Assembly: GCA_963767925.1 (NCBI GenBank) | Contig: CAVYGB010000008.1 | Span: 1,600,001-1,664,000 of the forward strand | Direction: 5' to 3' | Length of the DNA stretch: 64,000 nucleotides | Source: an uncultured delta proteobacterium | Lineage (GTDB): Bacteria; Myxococcota_A; Polyangia; Fen-1088 | In this document: piece after piece, positions 42,513 through 54,666 of the stretch | Position numbering within the stretch: position 1 is the first letter of the stretch | Layout of the letters: the number at the start of each line of letters is the position of its first letter | The notes under the pieces: generated by a model | Databases searched by the model: none | Seen by the model: the letters and a program-made list of their open reading frames with translations, nothing else | What the model was told of the DNA's origin: nothing | Made by a program: the position numbers and the translations under genes

Positions 42513-42926
42513 ATGACGAAGTCGGACCTTATCGAGCGGCTGTGTGAGGAGCAGAAGCTCCCCAAGGGCAAGGCCGAGCTGCTGGTCAACACGATCTTCG
42601 ACTGCCTCGAGCAGGCTCTCCGTCGAGGTGAACGGATCGAGATCCGGGGCTTCGGCAGCTTCGAGATCCGCGAATACAAGGCCTACAAGGGCCGCAACCC
42701 CAAGACCGGGGTGCCGGTCTCGGTGCGGGAGAAGCGGCTGCCCTTCTTCAAGGTCGGCAAGGAGCTCAAGGAGCGGGTCAACGGCCGCCCCTCTGACGAG
42801 TCCTCCGGCTCGGCCAACGGGCACGACCATGGCCACAGCTCGAGCTCGTCGGAGAGCGAGGACGGCTCGGAGGACGAGGGCGACGAGGCCCTGGCCGACG
42901 CCCGCCCGGTATCGGCGGGCGACTAG
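42513..42926 (+). CDS. IHF-beta/HU family DNA-binding protein with acidic tail
   Basis: MTKSDLIE, IEIRGFGSF, GRNPKTG, PFFKVGKELKERVN. Confidence 0.92.
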   Translation: MTKSDLIERLCEEQKLPKGKAELLVNTIFDCLEQALRRGERIEIRGFGSFEIREYKAYKGRNPKTGVPVSVREKRLPFFKVGKELKERVNGRPSDESSGSANGHDHGHSSSSSESEDGSEDEGDEALADARPVSAGD

Positions 42927-42957
42927 GAGTCCCTGGCCAGAGTAGCCGAGTACCCGG

Positions 42958-43680
42958 CTAGAACTTCACGGTGACCCGGCCGGTGACCGTGACGTCGACC
43001 TTTCCGCTGGGCACAGGGGTGCCGGAGCGGACGATGACGTCGGTGCCGGCGATGAGATTGAACGGGCTGTCGAAGTCGAGGGCCCGATCGGAGAAGGCCT
43101 TCTGGGCGTCGGGGGTCAGCTCGACGGTCTCGTCGGCCTTCTGGTTGGCGACAGTCTTCGGGAAGCTGACCAGCAGCTTGACCTCGGGGTTGTTGTCGGA
43201 GCTGTTGACGCCCGCAGGAGCCACGAACACGTCGACCGGCGGCAGATCCGTCCCGATCTGGTTGTCAGCGGTGTAGCGCAGCTCGCGGAGCAGCACCTCC
43301 TTGACCACGCGGCCACCGATGTCGGCGAACTCGGGCGCGTCCATCTTCAAGTTGATCGTCTGTGGCACCTCGAGGTCGATCCGCATCGCGCAGACCTTCG
43401 TGCCGTCGCAGATGATCTGGGGGTACTGGGCGCAGTCGACGGTGATCCCGCCGGGAAGACTGCGGCAGCAGTCGGCGGCGACGTCGCAGGTGATGGCCTG
43501 ATTGAAGGCCGCCGGGGGCGCCTTCCAGCGCGGGTCGGAGGTCGAGAAGCTGTACGACCGCGACGGGAGGGTCAGGTTGATCGAAGGGTTCTTGGCGAAC
43601 TCGATGAGATCGCAGCCCGCTACGAGAACCGACACCGTCACCATGAGCGCCAGCCTCCCGGAAATCGTCTTGATCGACAT
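42958..43680 (-). CDS. Putative Cys-rich lipoprotein
   Basis: AGGAGG RBS, lipobox VLVAGC, Cys cluster CDVAADCC...C...C...C. Confidence 0.75.
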   Translation of the reverse strand: MSIKTISGRLALMVTVSVLVAGCDLIEFAKNPSINLTLPSRSYSFSTSDPRWKAPPAAFNQAITCDVAADCCRSLPGGITVDCAQYPQIICDGTKVCAMRIDLEVPQTINLKMDAPEFADIGGRVVKEVLLRELRYTADNQIGTDLPPVDVFVAPAGVNSSDNNPEVKLLVSFPKTVANQKADETVELTPDAQKAFSDRALDFDSPFNLIAGTDVIVRSGTPVPSGKVDVTVTGRVTVKF

Positions 43681-43746
43681 GAAACCTCCTCGTGAAGCCA
43701 TCGGCGGAACGAAGTCCGGGGATGAGCGGACCTTTCCGCACCCCCT

Positions 43747-44687
<941 letters not shown>

Positions 44688-44691
<4 letters not shown>

Positions 44692-45863
44692 CCGAAGTCC
44701 TTGAGCAGCTCGCGCGCGATCACCATCTTCTGCACCTCGTTGGTCCCCTCGCCGATCTCGCGCCAGCTTGACGTCGCGCAGGTAGCGTTCGACCGGGAAC
44801 TCGCGGGTGTAGCCGTAGCCGCCGTGGATCTGCACGGCGGCGTTGCAGGCGCGCACCGCCGCCCGGGCCGCGTAGTACTTGGCCACCGAGGACTCCCGGG
44901 TGGTCTTGACCTTCTGGTCCTGCATCCAGGCCGCCCGCCACACCAGCAGGCGGGCCGCCTCGAGCTCGGTGGCCATGTCGGCCAGCATGTGCTGGACGGC
45001 CTGGAACTCGGCGATGGGCTTGCCGAACTGCACCCGCTCCCGGGCGTAGGCGCGAGACTCCTCGAGGGCGCCCCGCCCGATCCCGACCGCCCAGGCGCCG
45101 ATGCCGATCCGGCCCCGGTCCAGGATGGTCAGGGTGTCGAAGAAGCCCTGATCGATCTCCCCAGGCGCTGCTCGTCGGGCACCACCACCTCCTCGAGGAT
45201 CAGCTCGGTGGTGTCGGAGGCGTGCAGGCCCATCTTCTCGAGATGACGGCCGGCGCGAAAGCCAGGCGTGCCCCGCTCGATGACGAAGGCGGTGAGGCCC
45301 TTCTGCCGCTTCTCGGGGCTGGTGGAGGCCAGCACCACGTAGGTGCCGGCCACCGAGCCCTGGGTGATGAAGGTCTTGGTCCCGCGCAGCAGCCACTCGA
45401 TGCGGGGGCTGCCGTCGGGATTTTTGCCCTCGCGCCGGACGGCCCGGGTCTCGGCCGCCCCCGCGTCGGAGCCGGAGCCAGGCTCGGTCAGGCCCCAGGC
45501 GCCCAGCACCTTGCCCGAGGCCAGCGGCGGCAGGTACTTCTGCTTCTGGGCCTCGTTGCCCGCCAGCAGGATGTGGCCGGTGCACAGGGAGTTGTGCGAG
45601 GCCATGGTGAGGCCCAGCGATCCGTCGGCCCGGGCCACCTCCTCGAGGGCGACGACGTAGTCGTGGAACTTCATGCCCGGGCCGCCGTAGCGCTCGGGCA
45701 TCTGCATGCCGAGCAGGCCCAGCTCGCCCAGCGCGGGGATGACCTCCGCGGGGAAGCGTTCTTCCTCGTCCCAGCTCCGCGCCTTGGGGATGACCTCCCG
45801 TGCGCAGAAGTCGCGGACCGTCTTTTGCAGTACTTGCTGTTCCTCCGTCAGATCGAAATTCAC
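44688..45863 (-). CDS. Acyl-CoA dehydrogenase (frameshifts near 45165 and 44762)
   Basis: [42 protein letters not shown] distributed over successive reading frames. Confidence 0.9.
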
Positions 45864-46861
45864 CGACCCTCCTTCCTCGCCGCCTGTACGTCGTCCTTCC
45901 CCGCCGGTGGGAGCGCGCCGCGGAAGCGCTGCTCGGGCCCGCTCGGGGCGTATATCTGCACGGCATGGGTGGGCCCCGCGCCGGACATCTTGGCCCCGTG
46001 GGGCTGGTCGGCCGGAATGAAAATGGTGCTGTTGGGCCCGAACGAATGGGTCTCGCTGCCGACCGTCACCTTGCCCCCGCCCGACGTCACGTAGAGGAGC
46101 TCGGTCGCGCTGGTGTGGGCGTGCCGGGGCAGCTCGACCCCACCTTCGAACTCCAGGACCGACAGGGCCATGGCCGAGCTGCCGGTGGTCTTCTCCTCGA
46201 GCAGGATCTTGGCCACCCCCTTGACCCCCGCGATCTTGACCGTGGTGGCCTGCTCGATGGAGGCCACCGACGGCTTGGGGCCGGGGGGGGCCTTTAGCCG
46301 TCGGGTATCCCGGATCACCTCGAAGTCGGCCCGGGCGGCCCGGTTCTTCGGGTCGCGATACACCTGCTCGGGCCCCGGGGGCGAAAACGCCTGCAAGAAG
46401 GCCGCTTCGGCCTGCCGGCCCATGTTCTCGATGACGTGGGGATATCCGGGCGGCAGGAAGGCCGCCGAGCCGGGCATGAGCTTGATGGGCTTGGTCCCGG
46501 GAGGACCCAGCAAGCGGGCGCGGCCCTTCATCAAGTAGAGGATCTTGGCGCTGCGCGGGTGGCGATGCATCGCCACCCGGCTGGCCGGACCGACGATGAG
46601 CCGGGTCAGCGAGGCCTGAGGCGCCTGCACGTTGACCGGATCGGCCATCACCTTGACGGTGAACGGCGGCGCCCGGCGCCGGCGGCCCGGGCGAACCTTC
46701 GCCGCCGCCGGACCTCGATCCGCGACGTCCTCGGCGCGGATGACGATCTGGTTGGTCTTCTCCTCCTTGGCCGAGGCCGGGGAGGGAAACGTGAGCAACA
46801 CGGACACCACCACCCCCACCGCCCCAGGCAAGCCTCCCGTACGAAAAAAAGGCTGGTTCAT
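45860..46861 (-). CDS. Bicupin-domain protein with predicted signal peptide
   Basis: Two cupin motif pairs (MHRHP...PPGYPH and RHAH..TE...PADQPH); overlaps both neighbouring genes by 4 nt. Confidence 0.8.
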   Translation of the reverse strand: MNQPFFRTGGLPGAVGVVVSVLLTFPSPASAKEEKTNQIVIRAEDVADRGPAAAKVRPGRRRRAPPFTVKVMADPVNVQAPQASLTRLIVGPASRVAMHRHPRSAKILYLMKGRARLLGPPGTKPIKLMPGSAAFLPPGYPHVIENMGRQAEAAFLQAFSPPGPEQVYRDPKNRAARADFEVIRDTRRLKAPPGPKPSVASIEQATTVKIAGVKGVAKILLEEKTTGSSAMALSVLEFEGGVELPRHAHTSATELLYVTSGGGKVTVGSETHSFGPNSTIFIPADQPHGAKMSGAGPTHAVQIYAPSGPEQRFRGALPPAGKDDVQAARKEGR

Positions 46862-47301
46862 GGGTGTGATCCTTCCACGCGCGGCCGCAGCTCGCGCTCG
46901 ATCCAATCGACGATATCGCGGGTCGAAGTTCCAGGTGTAAACAGTGCAGCCACCCCCAGCCCCCTGAGCGCGTCGGCGTCCTCCCGGGGCACGATACCGC
47001 CCCCGAAGAGCATGACGTCGTCGGCGCCGCGCGCCTTGAGCGCCTCCAGGACGGCTGGAAACAGGGTCATGTGCGCCCCCGACATGATCGAGAGTCCCAC
47101 CGCATCGACCGACTCCTGCACCGCCGTGGCGGCGATCATGTCCGGGGTCTGGTGCAGGCCGGTGTAGATGACCTCGTACCCGGCGTCGGCCAGGGCGCGT
47201 GCGACGACCTTGGCCCCTCGGTCGTGCCCATCGAGACCGGCTTTGCCGATCAGGATGCGCAGCTTCCGTTTGCCGTCCGATGAAGGCTCGACCTTCTGCA
47301 C
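46858..47301 (-). CDS. Cobalamin-binding small subunit of an acyl-CoA mutase
   Basis: GLDGHDRG (DxHxxG), [18 protein letters not shown]. Confidence 0.93.
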   Translation of the reverse strand: MQKVEPSSDGKRKLRILIGKAGLDGHDRGAKVVARALADAGYEVIYTGLHQTPDMIAATAVQESVDAVGLSIMSGAHMTLFPAVLEALKARGADDVMLFGGGIVPREDADALRGLGVAALFTPGTSTRDIVDWIERELRPRVEGSHP

Positions 47302-47389
47302 GTCTCTATTCTAAGGGTTCGAAACCCGGACAAACCAGATAATGACGGAATCCGCCGAGGGGTCTGCCAAGGTGCTAAAAGGCAAGACC

Positions 47390-48916
47390 ATGGGCTCCGC
47401 CGCGCCGGCTCAGCCGGGCAGCCATCTGAGGGTGGAGAACCCGGCCACCGGGGCCCTGCTGGCCGAGATCCCGGCCGCCACCCCGGCCCAGGTCGCCGAG
47501 GCGATGGCCCAGGCCCGGCAGGCCCAGCCGGCCTGGGCGGCCCTGCCCGTGGCGACGCGGGCCTCCGCTCTCCGCCGGATGGCGGGACGGATCCTCCGGG
47601 ACGCCGAGCTCTCCGAGACGCTGATCGCCGAGAACGGAAAGCCGCGCTTCGAGGCCGAGGCGATCGAGATCTTCTACACCTGCGAGCTGACCCGCTTCCT
47701 GACCGGCCGCCGGGGGCGGCGGGCGCTGGCCGACGACATCCGCCATCCCTTCATCTTCGCCAACAAGCGGGCCCGGGTGGTCTACCACCCCCATGGCGTG
47801 GTGGGCGTGATCGGCCCCTGGAACTGGCCCCTGCTCAACAACTACGCCGATTGCGTGCCTCCGCTGCTCGCCGGCAACGCCGTGATCCTCAAGCCCTCCC
47901 ACGTCACCCCGCTCACCTCGCTGCGGGTGGCGGAGCTGTGGCGAGAGGAGGGCCTGCCCCCCGAGGTCTTCCAGGTCCTGCCCGGGGGCGCTGAGGTGGG
48001 TGAGGCGCTGGTCGAGAGCAGCGACATGGTGTTCTTCACCGGCAGCCAGACCGTCGGAAAGCAGGTGGCCCGCCGCTGCGGCGAGCGGCTCATCCCGTGT
48101 GTCCTCGAGCTCGGGGGTAAATCCCCCTTCATCGTGCTCCGCGATGCCGATCTGGCAGCTTCGGCGCGGGCGGCGGTCTGGGGCGCCTTCGCCAACAGCG
48201 GCCAGGTCTGCATCCGGCCCGAGCGGGTGCTGGTGGAGGAGCCGGTCGCCGACGCCTTCACGGAGCTCTGCTTGCACGAGATTGCCCGCCTGCGCCAGGG
48301 GGGTGAGCTGGACAGCGCCGACGGCGCGGCGGTGGACATCGGGGCCATGACCACCGCGGCCCAGCTCGAGCGGGTCGAGGCCCAGGTGCGCGGCGCCCTG
48401 GGGGAGGGGGCGCGCCTGCTGGCCGGTGGACACCGGCGAGCTGATCTACCGGGTCGGTTCTACGAGCCGACCCTGCTGGCGGACGTGACGCCGGCGATGG
48501 CGGTGGCCCGCGAGGAGACCTTCGGGCCGGTGCTGCCAGTCGTCCGGGTCGCCGACGCAGAGTCGGCGGTGCGGATGGCCAACGAGATCGGGCTGGGGCT
48601 CTCGGGCAGCGTGTGGTCCCGGGATGTGGCCCGGGCCTCCGCGGTAGCCCGCCAGCTCCACTGCGGCAGCGTGTGCGTGAACGACGTGCTGGTGAACTAC
48701 TTCTGCGTCGAGGCTCCCCTCGGCGGCGTCAAGGGGAGTGGCCTCGGCGTGCGCCACGGGATCGAGGGGTTGCGCCAGTTCTGCCGGCTGGAGACCATCG
48801 TCGAAGATGGTCCCCTGCTCGGCCTGCTGACGTCATGGATCATGCGCCAGCTCGTGTTTCCCTACAAAGCAGCGGTCTTGCGCGTGCTCCGCTGGGTGAT
48901 GCGCAAGCTCTACTGA
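47390..48916 (+). CDS. Aldehyde dehydrogenase
   Basis: PWNWP, FTGS, LELGGK, GQVC, EETFGP. Confidence 0.93.
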   Translation: MGSAAPAQPGSHLRVENPATGALLAEIPAATPAQVAEAMAQARQAQPAWAALPVATRASALRRMAGRILRDAELSETLIAENGKPRFEAEAIEIFYTCELTRFLTGRRGRRALADDIRHPFIFANKRARVVYHPHGVVGVIGPWNWPLLNNYADCVPPLLAGNAVILKPSHVTPLTSLRVAELWREEGLPPEVFQVLPGGAEVGEALVESSDMVFFTGSQTVGKQVARRCGERLIPCVLELGGKSPFIVLRDADLAASARAAVWGAFANSGQVCIRPERVLVEEPVADAFTELCLHEIARLRQGGELDSADGAAVDIGAMTTAAQLERVEAQVRGALGEGARLLAGGHRRADLPGRFYEPTLLADVTPAMAVAREETFGPVLPVVRVADAESAVRMANEIGLGLSGSVWSRDVARASAVARQLHCGSVCVNDVLVNYFCVEAPLGGVKGSGLGVRHGIEGLRQFCRLETIVEDGPLLGLLTSWIMRQLVFPYKAAVLRVLRWVMRKLY

Positions 48917-48932
48917 GCGCCTCGCCGCGGCC

Positions 48933-50282
48933 TCACTCCTTGTCGGACTTCTCCGCTGGCTCGGCCGGTGCCTCGGGTGGGGGCGCGACAGGCGCCGGAG
49001 CGGGAGGTGGTGGCGCCGCCTCGGCCACCGGGGCTGCGGCCTCTCCCTCGCCCGCCGCAGCGGGCTCGTCCCAGCCACCGCGACGGCGACCGGTCCAGGC
49101 GGGCGGACCGCCGCCACCTGGAGGACGCTTGTCCCGGCCGGCGGGGGGCGGACCCCGTCGATCGCCGACCGCGGGCCGAGGGCCGCGGGGGGGACCCCCT
49201 CCGGGAAAACCACTGCGGTCGCCGCCGGGCCCGCGTCCTGCCCCGGCCGGAGCTCCAGGCCCACGGGGGGGCCGGGGGCCGCGATCACCTCCCCGGCCGA
49301 CATCGCCGGGCGGGCGACCGTCCCGGGGCGGCCCCGGGCCACGATCGGGCCGCGCATCTCTCAGATTTCCAGGAGGGCCGCCGCCCGGCCGGGGACCGCC
49401 GCGCGGTCCACCGCCGCCCGGTCCACCGCCGCCTGGTCCACCACCACCTGGTCCGTCGCGCCGGTCGCCCCGACCACCGCCGGGCCCAAAGCCGGCCCGG
49501 GGACGATCTCCACCCGGGCCGGGCGGGCCGCCGCCACCGGGACGCGGGCCGCCACGCGGTGGGCCGCCGCCCGGGCCATCCCGGCGATCGCCCCGTCCGC
49601 CCCGCGGTCCGTCGCCGCGCTTACCGCGGCCATCGCGGCGGTCGTCGCGCCCGGGGCGCGTGGGGCCGCCACGCGGCAGGTAGTCGATGGCGAAGTAGAA
49701 GTCGCCGCGCTTTTCCACCCCCTCGATGGGCTTGTCACCGGAGAGCACCCGCACGAGCCGGACGGTGCCCACCCGCTTGCCCACCACGGCGAGGGTCTCC
49801 ATCAGCCTGGCCAGGCGATCGCCGCTGATCTTCAGACCAGCCCCGACCGCCTCGGCGACCGGACCGGACCCGGGCGCTTCCTCGGGGGCGGGAGCCGGGG
49901 GCTCCTCGGCCGGAGAAGCCGGGGCCGCCTCGGCGGAGGTCTCCTCCGTCGCGCCCTCGACCGCCTCGTCGGGGGCCTTGTCGGTCGCGCCCTCGGCCTC
50001 GGCCGTGACCTCGGGGGCCGGCTCGCCGGAGGCCTCGACGGCCTCACCCGGCTCGCCGGCTTCCCCCTCGGACGTGGCGACGGCGTCGTCGCCGGCCGAT
50101 CCGGCCGCGGTCTCTTCGCGTGACTCTTCCGCCGCTCCGGCAGGAGCAGCGTCGGAGGTGGCCACCTCGGCGGGCGCCGCCTCGGGGGGCGGCTCAGCGG
50201 CCTTCATCGTTGCTTTTGTCGAACGCTCGATCTCGGCCGCCTGGCGGAGCAAGGTTCCCGGAAACTCGGTTACTGTCTTCAT
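48933..50282 (-). CDS. Hypothetical low-complexity protein (acidic N-terminal arm, small core, RGG/PRG-rich tail)
   Basis: 449-aa ORF with GGGGAG RBS and GC-ending codons typical of the window. Confidence 0.7.
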   Translation of the reverse strand: MKTVTEFPGTLLRQAAEIERSTKATMKAAEPPPEAAPAEVATSDAAPAGAAEESREETAAGSAGDDAVATSEGEAGEPGEAVEASGEPAPEVTAEAEGATDKAPDEAVEGATEETSAEAAPASPAEEPPAPAPEEAPGSGPVAEAVGAGLKISGDRLARLMETLAVVGKRVGTVRLVRVLSGDKPIEGVEKRGDFYFAIDYLPRGGPTRPGRDDRRDGRGKRGDGPRGGRGDRRDGPGGGPPRGGPRPGGGGPPGPGGDRPRAGFGPGGGRGDRRDGPGGGGPGGGGPGGGGPRGGPRPGGGPPGNLRDARPDRGPGPPRDGRPPGDVGRGGDRGPRPPRGPGAPAGAGRGPGGDRSGFPGGGPPRGPRPAVGDRRGPPPAGRDKRPPGGGGPPAWTGRRRGGWDEPAAAGEGEAAAPVAEAAPPPPAPAPVAPPPEAPAEPAEKSDKE

Positions 50283-50422
50283 GACTCCCCCAGGGTGCTT
50301 TCGCTGGTCCGCCTGTCGTAGTTGACCGGCGGCTCCCCGTCAATGGTGACGTGAGCCACGGGCCACCCGGTCGGCCCCGGGTCGACACGACAGGGTGGGC
50401 TCTTTCCGGGATAATAACCGCC

Positions 50423-52153
50423 ATGCGCGGCCATCCCCGACCCTCCCTTCTGCCCCGGTTACCCTGGATCCTGCTCGCTGGCCTGCTCGCCGGACCGGCC
50501 TGCGCCAAGCAGGCGGTCGCCCCCGGGCTGCTGCACCCCGCCCTCGCGCCGACCGAGACGAACCGCGGGCGCCTGGTGGCCCGGGTGCTGGTTCCGTCGC
50601 TGGATCGGACCTCCGCCACCGTCGACGACCTGCGCGCCCGCGGGGCCCTGCCCTTCGGGTCTGCCGAGCTGCGCGGCATGTTGATGGCCCGGCTGTCGCT
50701 TCCGGAGGACGCGGTCAAGCTCGTCGACACCGCTGCGCCCATCGCCTTCGCTTTCCTTGCACCCGCCGGGGCACCTGCCGGGGCACCCGCCGGGCCCGAT
50801 GCCCCGCTCCAGGTCGCCGGGGCGCTCGCCCTGCGGGCGCCCGAGGGGGCGTCGGCCTTCTTCGACGCTGTCGGCTCGCTGGTGGGGAGCGATCGCGAGG
50901 TGCTCCAGCTCCGGCGCGGCGACGGCGAGCCGGTCTGGATCCTGAAGGTGGGGCGGGCGCTGGCCTGGTCGTCCAGCCGCGAAGCCCTGATCGAGGCGGG
51001 GGCCCACGCCCTCGATGCCCGGGCCGACATCCCCGACGACTTCCTCCTGACCGCTTACCCGGCGGGCTGGGCACGGTCGCTGGGGGTCGATCTGTCCGGT
51101 GGTCACCAGGCGCTGCGGGCGCGGGTCCTCGAGCGGATGGATCGCGATCGGGGTCGGCCGCGACCGGCCGCCGATCGCGCGGCGCTGGAGGCGGTGCTCG
51201 ATTTTCTCCTGCGTCCGATGCCCGAGACCGAGCTGGTCGACCTCCGCTTCGGCCTCGGCCGCGAGCGAGGCGCCCAGCTCGCGGCCCGGGCCGTCCCCCG
51301 CCCCGGCTCTCCCTTCGCGACGCGGACGGCGACCCGCCGGCCCTTCGCGCTGACCGGCCCCGATCAGCCCGCCGGGGCGACGCGGCTGGGCGCGGTGGCC
51401 GCTATCGGGGAGGATCCTGCGTTCCTAGAGCTGCTGCTGGCGATCGTGGAGGCGCAGGCCCGGGCCGGCGTGACCGGGGCACCCTCCACGGCCCAGCGGC
51501 TGCGCCCGGTGGTGGCCCGACTGTCGGGCGGTCTGCGTGGGGTGTTGCGCCCGCGCGGATCGGAGCTGGAGGCGGACCTCGTGTTGCCGACCCGCCCGGC
51601 GGCCGCGCAGGGCCCTGCTCTCGAGGAGCTCGCCGCCCTGTTCGGCGATCCGGGGTTGTCCGCACTCATGGGCCAGCTCTACAAGATTGGTGGGCCGGTC
51701 CGGACCTCCCGGGAGAGCGACCGCCTCCGCGTCGAGATCGGCGGCGACTTCACCGTGCTGGCCACCATCGCTCAGGGCCAGCTCGTGCTGGCCAGCGAGC
51801 CGGGAGCCGGCGAACGCCTGACCGCGCTGGCCGCGACCGCGGCCCGGCCACACGCTAGCCCCGACGGGCCCTCGCCGGCGCTGCGGGCCGCCCTCGATGA
51901 GAGCCAGGGCCGCGAGGGGCTGGTGTTCGTCGATGTCCTCGCGCTGGTCGGGCCGGTCCTGTCGGCGGTGGGCGCCGGCTCCGAGGCCCGCATGGTCCAG
52001 GGGCTGCTCTCCCTGCCCGGCGTGTCGGGCCGGCAGCTCCCGATCTGGCTGGGGTTTTCGGGGGGCGAAACGCTGCTCGTCGACCTGCACATTCCCCTCG
52101 AATCCCTGACCACCGCGGCCGGTCTGCTCGGGTTCCTCGGTCGTGACGGATAG
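50423..52153 (+). CDS. Putative lipoprotein, unknown function
   Basis: Lipobox LLAGPAC; long uninterrupted ORF. Confidence 0.7.
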   Translation: MRGHPRPSLLPRLPWILLAGLLAGPACAKQAVAPGLLHPALAPTETNRGRLVARVLVPSLDRTSATVDDLRARGALPFGSAELRGMLMARLSLPEDAVKLVDTAAPIAFAFLAPAGAPAGAPAGPDAPLQVAGALALRAPEGASAFFDAVGSLVGSDREVLQLRRGDGEPVWILKVGRALAWSSSREALIEAGAHALDARADIPDDFLLTAYPAGWARSLGVDLSGGHQALRARVLERMDRDRGRPRPAADRAALEAVLDFLLRPMPETELVDLRFGLGRERGAQLAARAVPRPGSPFATRTATRRPFALTGPDQPAGATRLGAVAAIGEDPAFLELLLAIVEAQARAGVTGAPSTAQRLRPVVARLSGGLRGVLRPRGSELEADLVLPTRPAAAQGPALEELAALFGDPGLSALMGQLYKIGGPVRTSRESDRLRVEIGGDFTVLATIAQGQLVLASEPGAGERLTALAATAARPHASPDGPSPALRAALDESQGREGLVFVDVLALVGPVLSAVGAGSEARMVQGLLSLPGVSGRQLPIWLGFSGGETLLVDLHIPLESLTTAAGLLGFLGRDG

Positions 52154-52167
52154 CGCCGATCGCGATT

Positions 52168-52182
52168 TTGAATAAGATTCAA
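52168..52182. promoter_or_regulatory. AT-rich palindrome, candidate repressor operator
   Basis: TTGAAT-AAG-ATTCAA, upstream of the beta-oxidation genes. Confidence 0.5.
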
Positions 52183-52268
52183 TACAGTTGCCTACATCCG
52201 ACTTCCGGTGGGCGATCGTCGCCTCGCCAGGAGCGGCGCCGGCCAGGGCGATGGGTTATGGTGAGTTC

Positions 52269-54652
52269 ATGGCAAAGCCGATCGATCAGGTGGCCGTGCT
52301 CGGAGCGGGGGTCATGGGGGCTTCCATCGCCGCCCATCTCGCCAACGCCGGCATCAAGGTGCTGCTGCTCGACATTCCCTCGAAGGACGCGGCCCCCGGC
52401 GATCGCCGCGCCCGCAACCAGCTCACCGCCGCCGGCCTGGAGCGGGCCCGCAAGGCGCAAGTCCGGCGGCCTTCGTCTCGCCCCGCTTCGAAGCCCTGGT
52501 CACGGTGGGCAACCTGGAGGACGACCTGGACGAAGGCGGCCCGCTGCGACCTCGTCGTCGAGGCGATCATCGAGAACCTGACGATCAAGCGGAACCTCTA
52601 CACCCGGCTCGAGGCGCTGGGCGGCAGCGCGGTCATCACCTCCAACACCTCCGGGCTCCGCATGAAGCGAGCTGCTCGAGGGTCGCAGCGACGGACTTTC
52701 GCCGTCGCTTCTGCATCACCCACTTCTTCAACCCCCCCCGCTACCTCAAGCTGGTCGAGATCGTGGCCGGGCCCGACACCGCCGCCGAGACGCTGGCCCG
52801 GGCCGAGGACCTGTGCGGACGGCATCCTGGGCAAGGGCCTGGTGCGGGCCAAGGACACGCCCAACTTCATCGCCAACCGCATCGGCACCTTCGCCCTGCT
52901 GCGGGCCCTCGATCTGGCGGTCCGGGAGGGCTACACCGTCGAGGAGGTGGACATGGTGTTCGGCCCGGCCACCGGCCGGCCCCGCAGCGCCGTGTTCCGC
53001 ACCGCCGACCTGGTGGGCATCGACACCCTGGTCCACGTGGCCCGTCACTGCCACGCCGCCCTGGTCGACGACGAACGGCGCGAGGTCTTCGCCGTGCACC
53101 CCGTGCTCGAGGAGCTGGTGCGCCGCAAGTGGCTGGGCGGCAAGAGCGGTCAGGGCTTTTACAAGAAGCAGGGCGACGAGATCCTGCAGCTCGATCTCAA
53201 GACCTTCGAATACGTCCCCCTGCAGAAGCCGCGCTTCCCGTCCATCGGCGCCACCAAGGGGGTCGACGACGTCGACGAGCGCCTGCGCCGCATGCTGGGC
53301 GGAGCGACCGACGATCGGGCCGCCGCCCTCGCCCGCACCGTGATCTACGAGACGATGGCCTATTCGGCCGCCCGCATCCCGGAGATCGCCGACGACGTGT
53401 CTGGAGGTGGACCGGGCCATGCGCTGGGGCTTCGGCTGGGAGCGCGGCCCCTTCGAGAGCTGGGACGCCCTCGGGGTGGCGGCGACGGTCGAGAAGATGC
53501 AGGCCGCCAAGATCCGGGTTCCCGACTGGGTGAAGGAGCGGCTCAAGGCCGGCGAGACGACCTTCTACCGCAAGGAGCCCTCGGGCCGAACCCAGCAGCT
53601 CCGCCGCACCGGCGGCTACGCCGAGGTCGCCAGCGATCCCCGGGTCATCGCCTGGACGCCGTGCGGGCCGCGGGCGGCGAGGTCGAGCGCAACCCCAGCG
53701 CCTCCATCCTCGACCTCGGCGACGGCGTGTTCTGCCTGGAGTTCCACGCCAAGATGAACGCCATCGACGCCGACATCGGCACCACTGCTGGACAAGGCGG
53801 TCGATCGAGCCGAGCAGCAGGGCGCCGCCCTGGTCATCGGCAACGACGGGAGCGAGGCGTTCTCCGCCGGGGCGAACCTGTTCGGCCTCATGGTGGCGAT
53901 GTCCCAGGGCCAGCTCAAGGCCAGTCGAGCGAGATGGTGCGCGGCTTCCAGGACGTCTGCTACCGCCTGCGCTACGCCCGGGTGCCGGTGGTGGCCGCCC
54001 CCTTCGGGCTCACCCTCGGCGGCGGCGCCGAGGTCATGCTCGGCTGCACGGCGGTGCGAGCGTTCACCGAGCTGTACGTCGGCCTGGTCGAGGTGGGGGT
54101 CGGCTTGATCCCGGCCGGCGGCGGCTGCATGGAGATGGCGGCCCGGGTGGCGGCCCGGGCGCCCGACGACCCGACGTTCGACCTGCTGCAGCTGCTGCGC
54201 GGACCCTTCGAGGCCATCGGCCTGGCCAAGGTGGCCACCAGCGCGGAGGAGGCGCGCGACCTGGGCTACCTGCGCCCGTCGGACAGCACCTCGATGGCCC
54301 GCGAGACCCTGATCGCCGACGCCAAGCAGATCGCGCTCGGGCTGGCCCGAGCCGGGTACCGGCCGCCGCCCCCCCGCCAGCATCCGGGTGGCGGGCGCCT
54401 CGGCGGGGGCCACCTTGAAGACCGCCATCCGGCACCTGGTCCACGCCCACCGGGCCAGCGAACACGACTACCTGGTGGTGAGCAAGGCGGCGCACGTCCT
54501 GTGCGGCGGCGACGTCTCGGCCGGCGCCCAGGTGAGCGAGCAGCCACCTCCTCGACCTCGAGCGCGAGGCCTTCCTCTCGCTGTGTGGCGAGGAGAAGAC
54601 GCAGGCCCGCATCCAGCACATGTTGTCGACTGGCAAACCCCTCCGCAACTGA
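52269..54652 (+). CDS. 3-hydroxyacyl-CoA dehydrogenase/enoyl-CoA hydratase (FadN-like), many frameshifts
   Basis: [64 protein letters not shown] and terminal GKPLRN, split across all three frames. Confidence 0.88.
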
Positions 54653-54666
54653 AGAGAGAGTGCACC

